NCBI GenBank assembly: GCA_965205505.1
Contig: CBDBHB010000008.1
Coordinates: forward strand, 480,001-544,000
Source of the DNA: Acidobacteriota bacterium
GTDB lineage: Bacteria; Acidobacteriota; UBA890; WLXD01
DNA length: 64,000 nucleotides
Reading direction: 5' to 3'
The first letter of the stretch is position 1. Every line of letters starts with the position of its first letter. The notes beneath the pieces are model-generated. The model did not search any database. It had not been told where the DNA came from and saw only the letters and a program-made list of their open reading frames with translations. This document shows, one piece after another, positions 42,678-52,834 of the stretch. The translations under genes and the position numbers were made by a program.

Positions 42678-45419
42678 TCAACGGTCGAACCAATGGTCCT
42701 GCAGGATCTCGACTGTGCGTCGATGTTCGACACCATCGACGGTCAAGACGATCGTGTACTCGCCGGGTGGGACGCGAACGTGCTTGAATTCGCGCTCGGT
42801 CGGGCCCGGGTCATGGACGCGGGTGCGCATGGAGCGGCCGGTCATCGTGACCTCTTCGTCGGCCGCGCCATAGTAGTCGACGAGGTCGTAGTAGTCGTAA
42901 TACTCATTGTCCTCTGCGCGGAAGCGGTTTCGCCGATCCCAGGTAGCGATCTCCTCCGGCGTGCGAAGAATGCGCTCGGTCATGCCCCACTCGAGAGCGT
43001 TGAGGCCCGGTTCACCAGAGCCTGTGTACTCGCTGATAAGCCGTGCACCCTTGAAAATCTCGACGACGACTTCGCCAGCGGATCCATCTCTCAAGTAATA
43101 GTTGACGACCACCCCATGTGGCTCGTTCTCGCCGGCGAAGTTCTGGGCACTCACCGTCGTTTGGTGGGCGATGATCCATTGCACCTTGGGCTCGATGCGA
43201 AACAGGTGGGCGTCTCGCGATAGCACGTCTGAGGTGAGCTCCTGCAGCGGCGAGATGTCGGCAATGAAAAAACCGCGGCCGTGCGTGCCGACGATCAGGT
43301 CGCTCTCACGCGGGTGGATCAGCAAGTCTTGGATGCCTACGGTCGGCATGTCGTTCTGCATACGTGTCCAATGTGAGCCGCCGTCGAGGCTGACGTGGAC
43401 CGAGCGATTGGTGCCGACGAAGAGCAGGTTCGGGTTCCGGGGATCTTCCTGCAGAGCGGCAATCGATTCCTCCGGCAGGTTGCCGACGACCCATGACCAA
43501 GTCTCACCGAAATCCGTCGTTTTGTAGAGGTAGGGGGAAAAATCGTCGCGGAAGTAACCACTGAGGGCAACGTACGCGGTCCCGGCATCGTGATGGGATG
43601 CGACGATGCGTTTCACCCAGTACCCCGGGTTGTCGGGAATACGATCGTTGAGCAGCGTCCATGTGGCGCCACCATCGCGGCTGAGCTGCACGTTGCCATC
43701 GTCGGTGCCGACCCAGATAACACCTTGCTGCACGGGCGACTCGGCGATCGTGCTGATGGTGCAATAGAGGCCGCGGCGGGCAGGGTCGTCGGTCGTCAGA
43801 TCCGGGCTGACGATCTCCCACGCCTCGCCACGGAAGGGGGAGCGCAGCAGAACGTTGGCCCCCTGATACAACACGTTGGGATCGTGCGGGGAGATCAGCA
43901 CGGGTGCGTTGAAGTTGAAGCGCACGGAAGCATCGCCCTCATAGCGTATGTTCCTGCGTCGTCCCGTCTCTTGATCGACGCGCACCAATCCACCGTTCTG
44001 AGATTCGCTGTATAGCCAGCGACTATTGCTCGGATCGACCCGGTTGTAGAAACCGTCGCCTCCCGTGATGTGCTCCCAGTCCTCGAAGCGAATGGGAAAG
44101 CGCCCCTTCTTGGTGCTCGGACCCTTCCAGGACCCGAAATCATAGATGCCAGCGTAGACGTTGTACGGGTAGTCGTTGTCGGCGTCGATCTCGTAGAGTT
44201 GCGCCAGCGGCAATTCGTCGGGGTGATACCAGTTCTTGCCTGCGTCGTGGCTTATCGCGAAGCCGTAGTCGTATCCGAACAACATGCGGCGAGAATCGTT
44301 GGGGTCGATCCACAGGGCGTGGTTGTCGCCGCCGTAACGGAATGCCTCCTGCCACGTGCGGCCACCGTCTCGCGACTCGTGGGACCCGTTAGAGAGAATG
44401 TAGACGTGATCGGGATCGTTCGGATCAACGCGGATAACGCCGAAATAGGAACCGCCGGGTAGCCGTTGGTCCGCCGGGCTGACCAGGCGCCACGTCTCGC
44501 CCGCATCGTCGGAGCGGTAAATACGGGTGTTGTCGAAGCGACCGCCCGATACGCGCCCCTCATCAATCGAGGCATAGAGGATGTTGGGATCACGCCGATA
44601 GATGTCGATGCCGATCCGGCCGGGTTCGCCTTTCGGCAGGCCGTTCGTCAGCTCTCTCCATGTGCGACCGCCATCCGTCGTCTTGTGAATGCCGGCGCTC
44701 GGGTTCGGTAGGTTGAAGTCCCAGGCCGTCCACGGCCGTCGCACTTTGTTCCAGGCGGCGGCGTACAGCGTTTCCGCGTCCGTCGGGTCCATGACCACGT
44801 CAATGACACCGACGTGGAACCCATTGCGAACGATCTCGAGGACTTTGCTCCACGTCTGCCCGCCGTCGGTGGTCTTGTAGAGACCACGCTCCGCGCTCTC
44901 GGAGTAAAGCTTCCCATGGGCGGCAACATAGACCGTGTTCGGGTCATCGGGGTGAATCAGAACGCGGCCGATATGGTGGGTCTCGGACAGGCCCATGTTT
45001 CGCCAGGTCGCACCGCCGTCGACCGACTTGTACACACCGTCGCCCCAGTAGAAACCACCGTCGTTGGCTTCTCCCGTGCCAACCCAGACGACATTCGGAT
45101 CTGAAGGAGCCACGGCGAGCGAGCCGATCGAACTGACGGTCTGACGGTCGAAGATCGGCTCGAACGTGTTGCCGTTGTTGGCCGTCTTCCAAACGCCGCC
45201 ATTCGCCGTGCCAACGTAGAAAGTCGTGGAGTCCTGTGGGTTGACTGCAAAGTCGGCAATGCGACCCCCTTGCCGCGTGGGGCCGGTCTCACGGTAGTGG
45301 ATAGGCGCCAGCAACTCTTCCGATAGCTGCTGTGCTTGGATGCCCTCCGTCAGCGGGATCGCCAGAAGGAGCCCGGAGACTACGAGGATGGACTGCAGCG
45401 ATGCGAACTTGGCAAGCAT
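42678..45419 (-). CDS. VPS10/sortilin-like BNR (Asp-box) beta-propeller protein
   Basis: GP..QGGRI, repeated S.DGG.TW Asp-boxes, LIVGTHGRG. Confidence 0.88.
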   Translation of the reverse strand: MLAKFASLQSILVVSGLLLAIPLTEGIQAQQLSEELLAPIHYRETGPTRQGGRIADFAVNPQDSTTFYVGTANGGVWKTANNGNTFEPIFDRQTVSSIGSLAVAPSDPNVVWVGTGEANDGGFYWGDGVYKSVDGGATWRNMGLSETHHIGRVLIHPDDPNTVYVAAHGKLYSESAERGLYKTTDGGQTWSKVLEIVRNGFHVGVIDVVMDPTDAETLYAAAWNKVRRPWTAWDFNLPNPSAGIHKTTDGGRTWRELTNGLPKGEPGRIGIDIYRRDPNILYASIDEGRVSGGRFDNTRIYRSDDAGETWRLVSPADQRLPGGSYFGVIRVDPNDPDHVYILSNGSHESRDGGRTWQEAFRYGGDNHALWIDPNDSRRMLFGYDYGFAISHDAGKNWYHPDELPLAQLYEIDADNDYPYNVYAGIYDFGSWKGPSTKKGRFPIRFEDWEHITGGDGFYNRVDPSNSRWLYSESQNGGLVRVDQETGRRRNIRYEGDASVRFNFNAPVLISPHDPNVLYQGANVLLRSPFRGEAWEIVSPDLTTDDPARRGLYCTISTIAESPVQQGVIWVGTDDGNVQLSRDGGATWTLLNDRIPDNPGYWVKRIVASHHDAGTAYVALSGYFRDDFSPYLYKTTDFGETWSWVVGNLPEESIAALQEDPRNPNLLFVGTNRSVHVSLDGGSHWTRMQNDMPTVGIQDLLIHPRESDLIVGTHGRGFFIADISPLQELTSDVLSRDAHLFRIEPKVQWIIAHQTTVSAQNFAGENEPHGVVVNYYLRDGSAGEVVVEIFKGARLISEYTGSGEPGLNALEWGMTERILRTPEEIATWDRRNRFRAEDNEYYDYYDLVDYYGAADEEVTMTGRSMRTRVHDPGPTEREFKHVRVPPGEYTIVLTVDGVEHRRTVEILQDHWFDR

Positions 45420-45634
45420 GGACCCCTTCTCGAGCCTCCTCGGATCCGGGCTCAGAGGATCAGGAAACTGTCTTTCTTGGGTGGCTGAACGAACTGGACT
45501 TCCCGACCGGTGGGTGAGCTTCGTGCACGGGAGCTTAGTTCGTGCGGGCGCTCATTACCGCAACCTCTTCATCGAGCCCGTCCGGGCAGGTTGTCTCTCA
45601 GGGAACGATCATGCCGGAGCATCGGCATTGCTTT

Positions 45635-45797
45635 GACGAACGCGCATGTCAAGATGCACTTCCCCGACGGGACCAGCAAGGAAATGATCCGCAACGCCGG
45701 CGACGTTGAAGCATATCGAGCGGGAGACAACCCACCCGAGAACTTGGGCGATGAGGTCGTCGAGGTTGCGTTGGTGGAGTTGAAAGGGAAAGAGTGA
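45635..45797 (+). pseudogene. C-terminal cupin-like fragment
   Basis: FPDGTSKE...AGDV......ENLG.......VELK. Confidence 0.5.
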
Positions 45798-48044
45798 CGC
45801 GCCCCCGAGCACACCGAATGCACGACCAACACACGCACGGGCACGATCACGAATCCGACCCCGAGCCGACCCCGACGCTCGACCCGGTCTGCGGGATGGT
45901 GGTCGATCCCGACACGACCCTTCATCATGCGGTCCACGACGGACAGGAGTTCCACTTCTGCGGCGCCGGGTGCAAGGCGAGGTTCGAGGCCGACCCGGCT
46001 GCGTTTGGCGATGAGGCGCCACCGCCTGCGGACGTAGCGGCGGGCACGGAATACACGTGTCCCATGCACCCCGAGATCCGCCAGATCGGACCAGGGACCT
46101 GCCCGATTTGCGGCATGGCGCTCGAACCGGTGCTGATCACGGCCGAGCCCAAAGACGACGGCGAGCTGCGCGACATGACGCGGCGCCTGGTGGTCAGCGC
46201 CGCGTTCACCCTGCCGGTGTTCGTCATCGCCATGGGCGACCTCATCCCTGGCCGTCCGCTGCAGGCGGTGGCGTCTCCCGCGGCGTACGCCTGGATCGAG
46301 CTGGCCCTGGCCACGCCGGTCATCTTCTATGGAGCGTGGCCGTTCTTCGTGCGGGGCGTGCAGTCGTTGGTCAACCGCAGCCTGAACATGTTTACTCTGA
46401 TCAGCCTCGGTGTCGCGGTCGCGTACGGATACTCGGTGGTCGCCGTGCTCCTGCCGGATGTCTTTCCGCCGGCGTTCCGTGAGCACGGCGTAGTGGCGCG
46501 CTATTTCGAGGCCGCCGCCGTTATCACCACCCTGGTCCTGGTGGGCCAGGTGATGGAGCTCCGGGCCCGCAGCCAGACCGGTGCGGCGATCCGTGCCCTG
46601 CTCGGCCTGGCGCCCAAGACGGCCCGCCGCGTCGAAGACGACGGCACCGAAGGCGACGTGCCCCTCGATCAGGTGCAACTCGGCGACAAGCTTCGGGTAC
46701 GACCCGGCGAGAAGGTACCCGTCGACGGCGTCGTGCTCGAGGGCACCAGCAACATCGACGAATCGATGGTCACCGGAGAGGCCTTGCCGGTGACCAAGCA
46801 GGTCGGCGATCCGGTGATCGGCGCAACGGTGAACGGAACGGGCGGGTTGGTGATCCGCGCCGAGAGAGTGGGTGCCGACACCCTGCTCGCCCGTATCGTG
46901 CAGATGGTGGCCGAGGCACAGCGCAGCCGAGCGCCGATCCAGAAGCTAGCCGACCAGGTGGCGGGTGTGTTCGTTCCCGGCGTCATCCTGATCGCCATCG
47001 TGACCTTCGCGATCTGGGCGCTGGGCGGGCCCGAGCCGCGATTGGCGACTGCGCTCGTCAATGCCGTCGCGGTGCTGATCATCGCCTGTCCATGTGCACT
47101 GGGGCTGGCCACGCCGATGTCCATCATGGTGGCGACCGGAAAGGGCGCGCTATCGGGCGTGCTGTTCAAGAATGCCGAAGCCATCGAGGTCATGCGCCAG
47201 GTCGACACGCTGGTCACCGACAAGACCGGCACGCTGACCGAGGGCCATCCCGCGCTGGTCGCCGTCGAGTCCCTCGGCGCACTGGTCGACGACGAGCTCC
47301 TGACGCTCGCCGCCTCACTAGAGCGTGGGAGCGAGCACCCGCTCGCCGAGGCCATCGTGCGGGGCGCCGAGAAGCGGGCGCTCACTTTGCTGCCCGTCGA
47401 GGACTTCGGCTCGGTGACGGGTAAGGGCGTGCGCGGCCGGGTCGACGGCCACGACGTGGCGCTCGGAAACGCGAAGATGCTCGCGGAGATCGGCCTAGAA
47501 CCAGGTGACACATTGGCGAAGGCCGACGCGCGGCGGGCAGGGGGTCAGACGGTCATGTTCGTTGCGGTGGACGCGTCGCTTGCGGGTTTGCTGGCGGTGG
47601 CCGATCCAATCAAGGAGACGACACCGGCCGCCATCGCCGCGCTCAAGGCGGAGGGACTGCGCATCGTCATGTTGACCGGGGACGCGCGTGGTACCGCCGA
47701 AGCGGTGGCGCACCAGCTCGGTATCGACGAGGTGAAGGCCGAGGTTCTGCCCGAGGACAAGGTGGTGGAGGTGAGGCACCTGCAGGCCGCGGGGCGCATC
47801 GTCGCAATGGCCGGCGATGGCATCAACGACGCGCCGGCTCTCGCGGGCCACCATGCGCAACATTCGCCAGAATCTGGTATTCGCGTTCGGCTACAACGCG
47901 GTTGGCGTGCCGATCGCCGCCGGGGTGCTGTACCCGTTCGTAGGTCTGCTGCTATCGCCGATGCTCGCCGCCGCAGCGATGAGCCTCTCGTCCGTCTCGG
48001 TCATCGCCAACGCACTCCGCCTGGGTCGCGACCGGACTCCCTGA
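45794..48044 (+). pseudogene. Copper-translocating P1B-ATPase (CopA-like, YHS + heavy-metal-binding domain) with a frameshifting internal deletion
   Basis: [33 protein letters not shown], then [11 protein letters not shown] jumps to [14 protein letters not shown] in another frame. Confidence 0.88.
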
Positions 48045-48075
48045 GCCGAAAACTCGTTCTGGGCAACCGCGGCGC

Positions 48076-49413
48076 TTACCGGCCCGCGCTCTTGAGTTGA
48101 TACCAGAGACTGAGCCCGTTATCACGGACCCCACCAAACAGCTGCTCGGAGTCGTTCCAGATCCGTCGGCTCGTCACATCAACGCCGGCACGGTCGACGA
48201 ATACGAGGGCAAACGCAACCGCGTACTGGGGCGGCATCCGCGAACCCTCGATATCGCCGGCGATCGTCCGGTAGTCAAGATCCGAATCCGCGATCCAGAC
48301 GGCCGCCTGCTCGACCGCATACGTCACGGACGGGTACAACGTCGGCGAGTTGGCGACGGTGTAGGTGCCGACCTGAATCTGATACATCAGATCCTCGAGG
48401 CGCGACTCCGTGCTCGGCGGAAGAATCTCGAGCGAGTCGCTCTTGTTGGGAATCCTGCGATCGCGCTGGCGACCGACGGTCCGCACCGTCCAGTCGCGCC
48501 AGTCGGCATCCGAGAGCACGACCCATCCATCGCGGCGAGCCACCATGTCCCTGGCACCGTCGTCGGATCGAAAATACGCTCCGACCGGCGATGTCACGAC
48601 AATCGACTGACCACCGGTTCGCCTGATGCGAATCGTCACCGCTTCGTTGCCGGCGCCAACCGCCTGAACCTCGACAAGGCCGGCGTCGATAGCGTCGAAC
48701 AGATCGTAGTCGTCGAGTGACCCTCCTGTCGTGGCGCTGCTGGAGCGAAAGAAGAAGAGGTGCTGGCTTGGAAGAAAGTCGTGCAGCTCTACCAACTCGA
48801 AGCCGGCAGCCTTCCACTCCAGCAGCACCTGGCGCACCGACATCCGGTGGTCGGCCTTGATCTGGTCTCCGGTGCCGTCCTCGACGCGATACTCGAGCAG
48901 TGCGACGCGCCCACCGGGCGAGAGCGCTCGACGGATACCCGCCAGCATCGGCTCTGGATCGGACATCTCGTGATAGACGTCGGCGATGATCACCCAGTCG
49001 ACCTCGCCGGCGGGAAGCTTCGGGTCGACGGCGGTACCGAGAATGGCCTCAATGCCGGTGACGTTTTCATCGGCGGCCAGCCCCTTCATGATCTCGAGCA
49101 TCTCTGGCTGGATGTCCTCGCAGTACACCGTTCCGCCCGGCCCTACCAACGGTGCCATCTGACGCGCGTAGTACCCTGAGCCGCACCCCACATCAGCCAC
49201 CACGTCACCGGGGCTCAGAGCCATCGCCTCCAAGACGCGTCGCGGCTGTTCCTCGACCACCCGGTCTTCACGCTCGAGCCACTCTGCACCGAGATAGGTC
49301 ATGAATTCCGCCGGCACCCGATGACGTTGCTGGCGGTCGGTCTGCGCTCCGGCCGAATGGAAACCGGTGGCGATGCCCAGGAGAACGGCGAGTACAACAG
49401 GACGGTTCTTCAA
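48076..49413 (-). CDS. Secreted class I SAM-dependent methyltransferase fused to an uncharacterised C-terminal domain
   Basis: [32 protein letters not shown]; ~220 aa of extra C-terminus. Confidence 0.8.
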   Translation of the reverse strand: MKNRPVVLAVLLGIATGFHSAGAQTDRQQRHRVPAEFMTYLGAEWLEREDRVVEEQPRRVLEAMALSPGDVVADVGCGSGYYARQMAPLVGPGGTVYCEDIQPEMLEIMKGLAADENVTGIEAILGTAVDPKLPAGEVDWVIIADVYHEMSDPEPMLAGIRRALSPGGRVALLEYRVEDGTGDQIKADHRMSVRQVLLEWKAAGFELVELHDFLPSQHLFFFRSSSATTGGSLDDYDLFDAIDAGLVEVQAVGAGNEAVTIRIRRTGGQSIVVTSPVGAYFRSDDGARDMVARRDGWVVLSDADWRDWTVRTVGRQRDRRIPNKSDSLEILPPSTESRLEDLMYQIQVGTYTVANSPTLYPSVTYAVEQAAVWIADSDLDYRTIAGDIEGSRMPPQYAVAFALVFVDRAGVDVTSRRIWNDSEQLFGGVRDNGLSLWYQLKSAGR

Positions 49414-49501
49414 GAGAGATCCCTCAGAGAGCAGCGTTCTTTCAGCCTACCATTGGTCACTGTCAAGTCCCTCTGGTCTCCGCGTACGGCTACGCACGCC
49501 G

Positions 49502-50674
49502 TCAGGTGTTCACGAAGAGCTTTCGCGGCAGGGTCGAGAAGCTCTCCGGTGCGCCGTCCTCGGTCACCCGGATCGTCTCGCTGAGCTCGAAGCCCCAGTT
49601 GTCCATCCACATCCCGAGGATCATGTGGAAGGTCATGTCGGGCTCCAGCACGGTGGTGTCGCCGGGGCGCAGGCTGGCGGTGTGCTCACCCCAGTCCGGC
49701 GGATAGCCGATGCCGATCGAGTAGCCGATGCGCGACTCCTTCTCCAAGTCGGCCTTGGTGATCACCGCGCGCCAGGCGGCCTCCACCTGCTCGCACGTGG
49801 TACCCGGACGGGCCTTCTCGAGCGCCACCTCCATGCCCTCCACGACCACGTCGGCAACCCGGGTGAGGCGGGGCGGCGGCGAGCCTAGGAATACGGTGCG
49901 AGCCAGCCCGGCGTGGTAGCGATGCCGGCAACCGGCGAGCTCGATGTTGGTTGCCTCCCCCACCCTGAAGCGATTGTCCGTCCAGCTCAGGTGGGGGGCC
50001 GACGCCTTCTCGCCGGTTGGCATGAACAGCACGTGGCTGGGGAGATCGCCCCCGAATTCCGGTGTGCCCTCGATCTCGGTAGCGTAGAAAGTCGCCGCCG
50101 CGTCGCACTCGCGCACCCCCGGCTCGATCCGATCGATGACGGCTTGCATGGCGCGGTCCGCAATCGCGCCCGCCGCGCGCAGGTGCTCGATCTCACGCGT
50201 CGACTTGACCAATCGGACCCAGTTCACCAGCAGGTTGGCGTCGACGAAAGTGGCATCGGGGAGACCCAGCCGAAGTTGCTCGTAGGCGCGGGCGGTAAAG
50301 AAGTAGCTGTCCATCTCCACACCGAGGGAACGGTCGCCCCAGCCCCTGTCCGCGAGCACGCCGGCAATGAAGTCCATCTCGTGCCGCGCTGCCGACTGCA
50401 CGTACTCCTCCGGATAGCCGACCAGGCTGTCGGAGCTCAGGAAGGCGGAGTGCCGAGCGCAGGCGATGTCCATTTGCCGCCCGATCCAGAGTGGCTCCGC
50501 CGTGTCCAGCGCCAGCGCTGCCAGCTGGTGCACGTAAAACGACCAACCGTTGTAGCCGGTCAGGTAGTTCATGTTGGACGGATCGGTGACGAGCAACACC
50601 TCGATGCCCGCCGCCTCCATACGGCGCTTGGTCTCTTCGATGCGGCTCAGGTACTCGTGCGTCTCGAAGGGCAT
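49502..50674 (-). CDS. M24 peptidase, ectoine hydrolase (DoeA/EutD)-like
   Basis: DPSNMNYLTGY.GWSFYVHQ, APHLSW, SRIGYSIGIGYPPDWGE.TASLRPGD. Confidence 0.85.
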   Translation of the reverse strand: MPFETHEYLSRIEETKRRMEAAGIEVLLVTDPSNMNYLTGYNGWSFYVHQLAALALDTAEPLWIGRQMDIACARHSAFLSSDSLVGYPEEYVQSAARHEMDFIAGVLADRGWGDRSLGVEMDSYFFTARAYEQLRLGLPDATFVDANLLVNWVRLVKSTREIEHLRAAGAIADRAMQAVIDRIEPGVRECDAAATFYATEIEGTPEFGGDLPSHVLFMPTGEKASAPHLSWTDNRFRVGEATNIELAGCRHRYHAGLARTVFLGSPPPRLTRVADVVVEGMEVALEKARPGTTCEQVEAAWRAVITKADLEKESRIGYSIGIGYPPDWGEHTASLRPGDTTVLEPDMTFHMILGMWMDNWGFELSETIRVTEDGAPESFSTLPRKLFVNT

Positions 50675-50752
50675 CTTCGAACTTCCGTCTGTTGGCTCGT
50701 CGATTGTCGGGACGGCGGCCGGGGGGAGCCCCCGGAAATCGCGGGCAGACAT

Positions 50753-52651
50753 CTACCGAACGATCGGTAGCACCACGTAGGAGGCGTGGTCGCCGGCGTG
50801 GTGGATGGTGTTGTACGCCACCACCCACTCTGTCTCGTCGAAGTTGTTTCCCCCGGTGTTCAGGTTGCGATCAAAGCGCGGAAAGCTGGAGCTCGACACC
50901 TCCACGCGAATCCTGTGCTCGGGCCCGAAATAGTTGCTGGTGGCGTGCATATCGACCCGCAAGGCGTATACGTCGCCTGGGCTCATCCACACCGAGCGAT
51001 CGAAGCCCTCCCGGTAGCGCGCTCGCAGGATGCCTTCCTGCACATTGTAGGCGGTGCCGTCCGGATACACGTCGACCAGCTTGACGAGGAAGTCGGTGTC
51101 CCTGGCCGAGGACGATACGTACAGCATCGCCTCGATCGGCCCGGTCACCTCAACGCCCGCCTCGAGCGGCGGCGTCGTGTACACGAGCACATCCTGCCGC
51201 ATCTCGACCTCCCGCTGATCGAACGACCCTCCCTCGGCCTCGGGCGTGCCCGAGCAACAGAAGTTCCCTCCCCGCGACGGCACCGGCGTGGCCGGGTCGT
51301 AGGTGTACCGGTCGGGTGGCTCGTCGCCGGGAGACGCGACCGACAGCGTGCCGCTGCCGAAGCGACTGTTAGCCAGTCCGTCGCTATGCAGGTAGTACTT
51401 GGTAAACCGGGTGTCGGGTACGGGCCACTGCGGCGCGGAGCGCCACTCGTTCCTACCCATCAGGTAGTACTGCACCTTGGGCATCGTGGTGATGCCGTTG
51501 TCCACGCCTGCGAGCCAGTGATCGAACCAATCGACGTAGATCCTCCGGAAATCTTTGCGAGCATCGCCGAGGTCACGCTCCCCGACGATGGTGCGCTGTG
51601 TGGTTCTCTCCGAGCCGCAGTGCGTCGTCGGCGAGATGATCACGAACTGGTTGTCACGCGCGCGGGTGCTCTCGGAGTTGCGCTGCAGCAGGTTGAACTC
51701 GTAGAGGGTCTCGGCAACGCCGTAGTCGTACCAGGAGTTGATGAACAGTGCGGGAACGTCGAAGCGATCCTCGTCGGTCAGGTAGTGGAACTGGTCCCAC
51801 CAGGGGTCGGTGAGCGGTGTCGACACGACACGCTCCCAATCGGTCGGAGGCGTGCGGCCTTTGTTCATCATGTCCACGATGGGCAAGGTCGGCCAGATCT
51901 CCGCGTGATCGATGTCGGGTAGCTTCGGGGCCGGATCGAAGTACTGTGCGTCATCGGACGCGAGCCACTCGCCGCGGTCCAGCTGCGGCGGCGGCGCGTA
52001 GTAGATCTTGTTGCCGCTGCCACGGAACCAGCCGAAGCCGAGAGCAAGCTCGATGGCGCCCCCGTTGATGAGCCCGAAGTAGCGATATCGCCCGCCCGCG
52101 GAACCCACGGCACCGCCTGTGGCCTGCGGGATCATGGCCGCATGATGGGGGCTCCTGAGCGTTGCCTGGAACATCTGGTAGTCGCCCGGCGAGGAGCAGC
52201 CGTAGGTCCCCACCCGGCCGTTGGACCAGGGCTGCGCCGCCAGCCAGTCCACCGTGTCGTAGCCGTCCTCCGCATCGCCGCCGTAGACCAGGAACCGTCC
52301 CTCCGATTCGTACCGCCCACGCTTGTCCTGCACGGCGACCACGTGCCCCCGGCCGGCGAACAGATTCGCCACCGACCGAGGCCGGCTGCGGTAGGCGTTC
52401 TTGTCGTACGGGGTGCGGATCAGAACGGTCGGCAGCCGGTCTCCGGCGCCCTCGGGGAAATACAAGTCGGTGGACAGGCGCACCCCGTCGCGCATCGGGA
52501 CCATGGCGCTTCGTTGTAGACGCACCTGGTACGTCGCGCTCGGCATGTCGTACTGCGCCGGACCGGCGCTCAGCGGCAAGGCCGCGGACTCGACAGAGCC
52601 GGCCGATACCGCGGCCGAGACGAACAGGAGGCCGGAAAGGACACGCCCCAT
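50753..52651 (-). CDS. CocE/NonD-family hydrolase
   Basis: MRDGVRLSTD, RTPY, QDKRGRYESEG, QPWSNGRVGTYGCS, SSFPRFDRNLNTG. Confidence 0.9.
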   Translation of the reverse strand: MGRVLSGLLFVSAAVSAGSVESAALPLSAGPAQYDMPSATYQVRLQRSAMVPMRDGVRLSTDLYFPEGAGDRLPTVLIRTPYDKNAYRSRPRSVANLFAGRGHVVAVQDKRGRYESEGRFLVYGGDAEDGYDTVDWLAAQPWSNGRVGTYGCSSPGDYQMFQATLRSPHHAAMIPQATGGAVGSAGGRYRYFGLINGGAIELALGFGWFRGSGNKIYYAPPPQLDRGEWLASDDAQYFDPAPKLPDIDHAEIWPTLPIVDMMNKGRTPPTDWERVVSTPLTDPWWDQFHYLTDEDRFDVPALFINSWYDYGVAETLYEFNLLQRNSESTRARDNQFVIISPTTHCGSERTTQRTIVGERDLGDARKDFRRIYVDWFDHWLAGVDNGITTMPKVQYYLMGRNEWRSAPQWPVPDTRFTKYYLHSDGLANSRFGSGTLSVASPGDEPPDRYTYDPATPVPSRGGNFCCSGTPEAEGGSFDQREVEMRQDVLVYTTPPLEAGVEVTGPIEAMLYVSSSARDTDFLVKLVDVYPDGTAYNVQEGILRARYREGFDRSVWMSPGDVYALRVDMHATSNYFGPEHRIRVEVSSSSFPRFDRNLNTGGNNFDETEWVVAYNTIHHAGDHASYVVLPIVR

Positions 52652-52834
52652 GAATCACCTCCTCGTTGGCTGCCAAGATCCGCACGCCACAGCGGTCAGA
52701 TCTGACCACAGGCTCACCACGGGCTCAACTGGAGACCCGTTGCCTCGCTGGCCGCGACAGCCGTAGTCTCGCCCCCTGCGACCGAGTACATTGGTGTTCC
52801 CCAAGTTCCTCCCCTGCGGCCTCGGCTGCCGACC

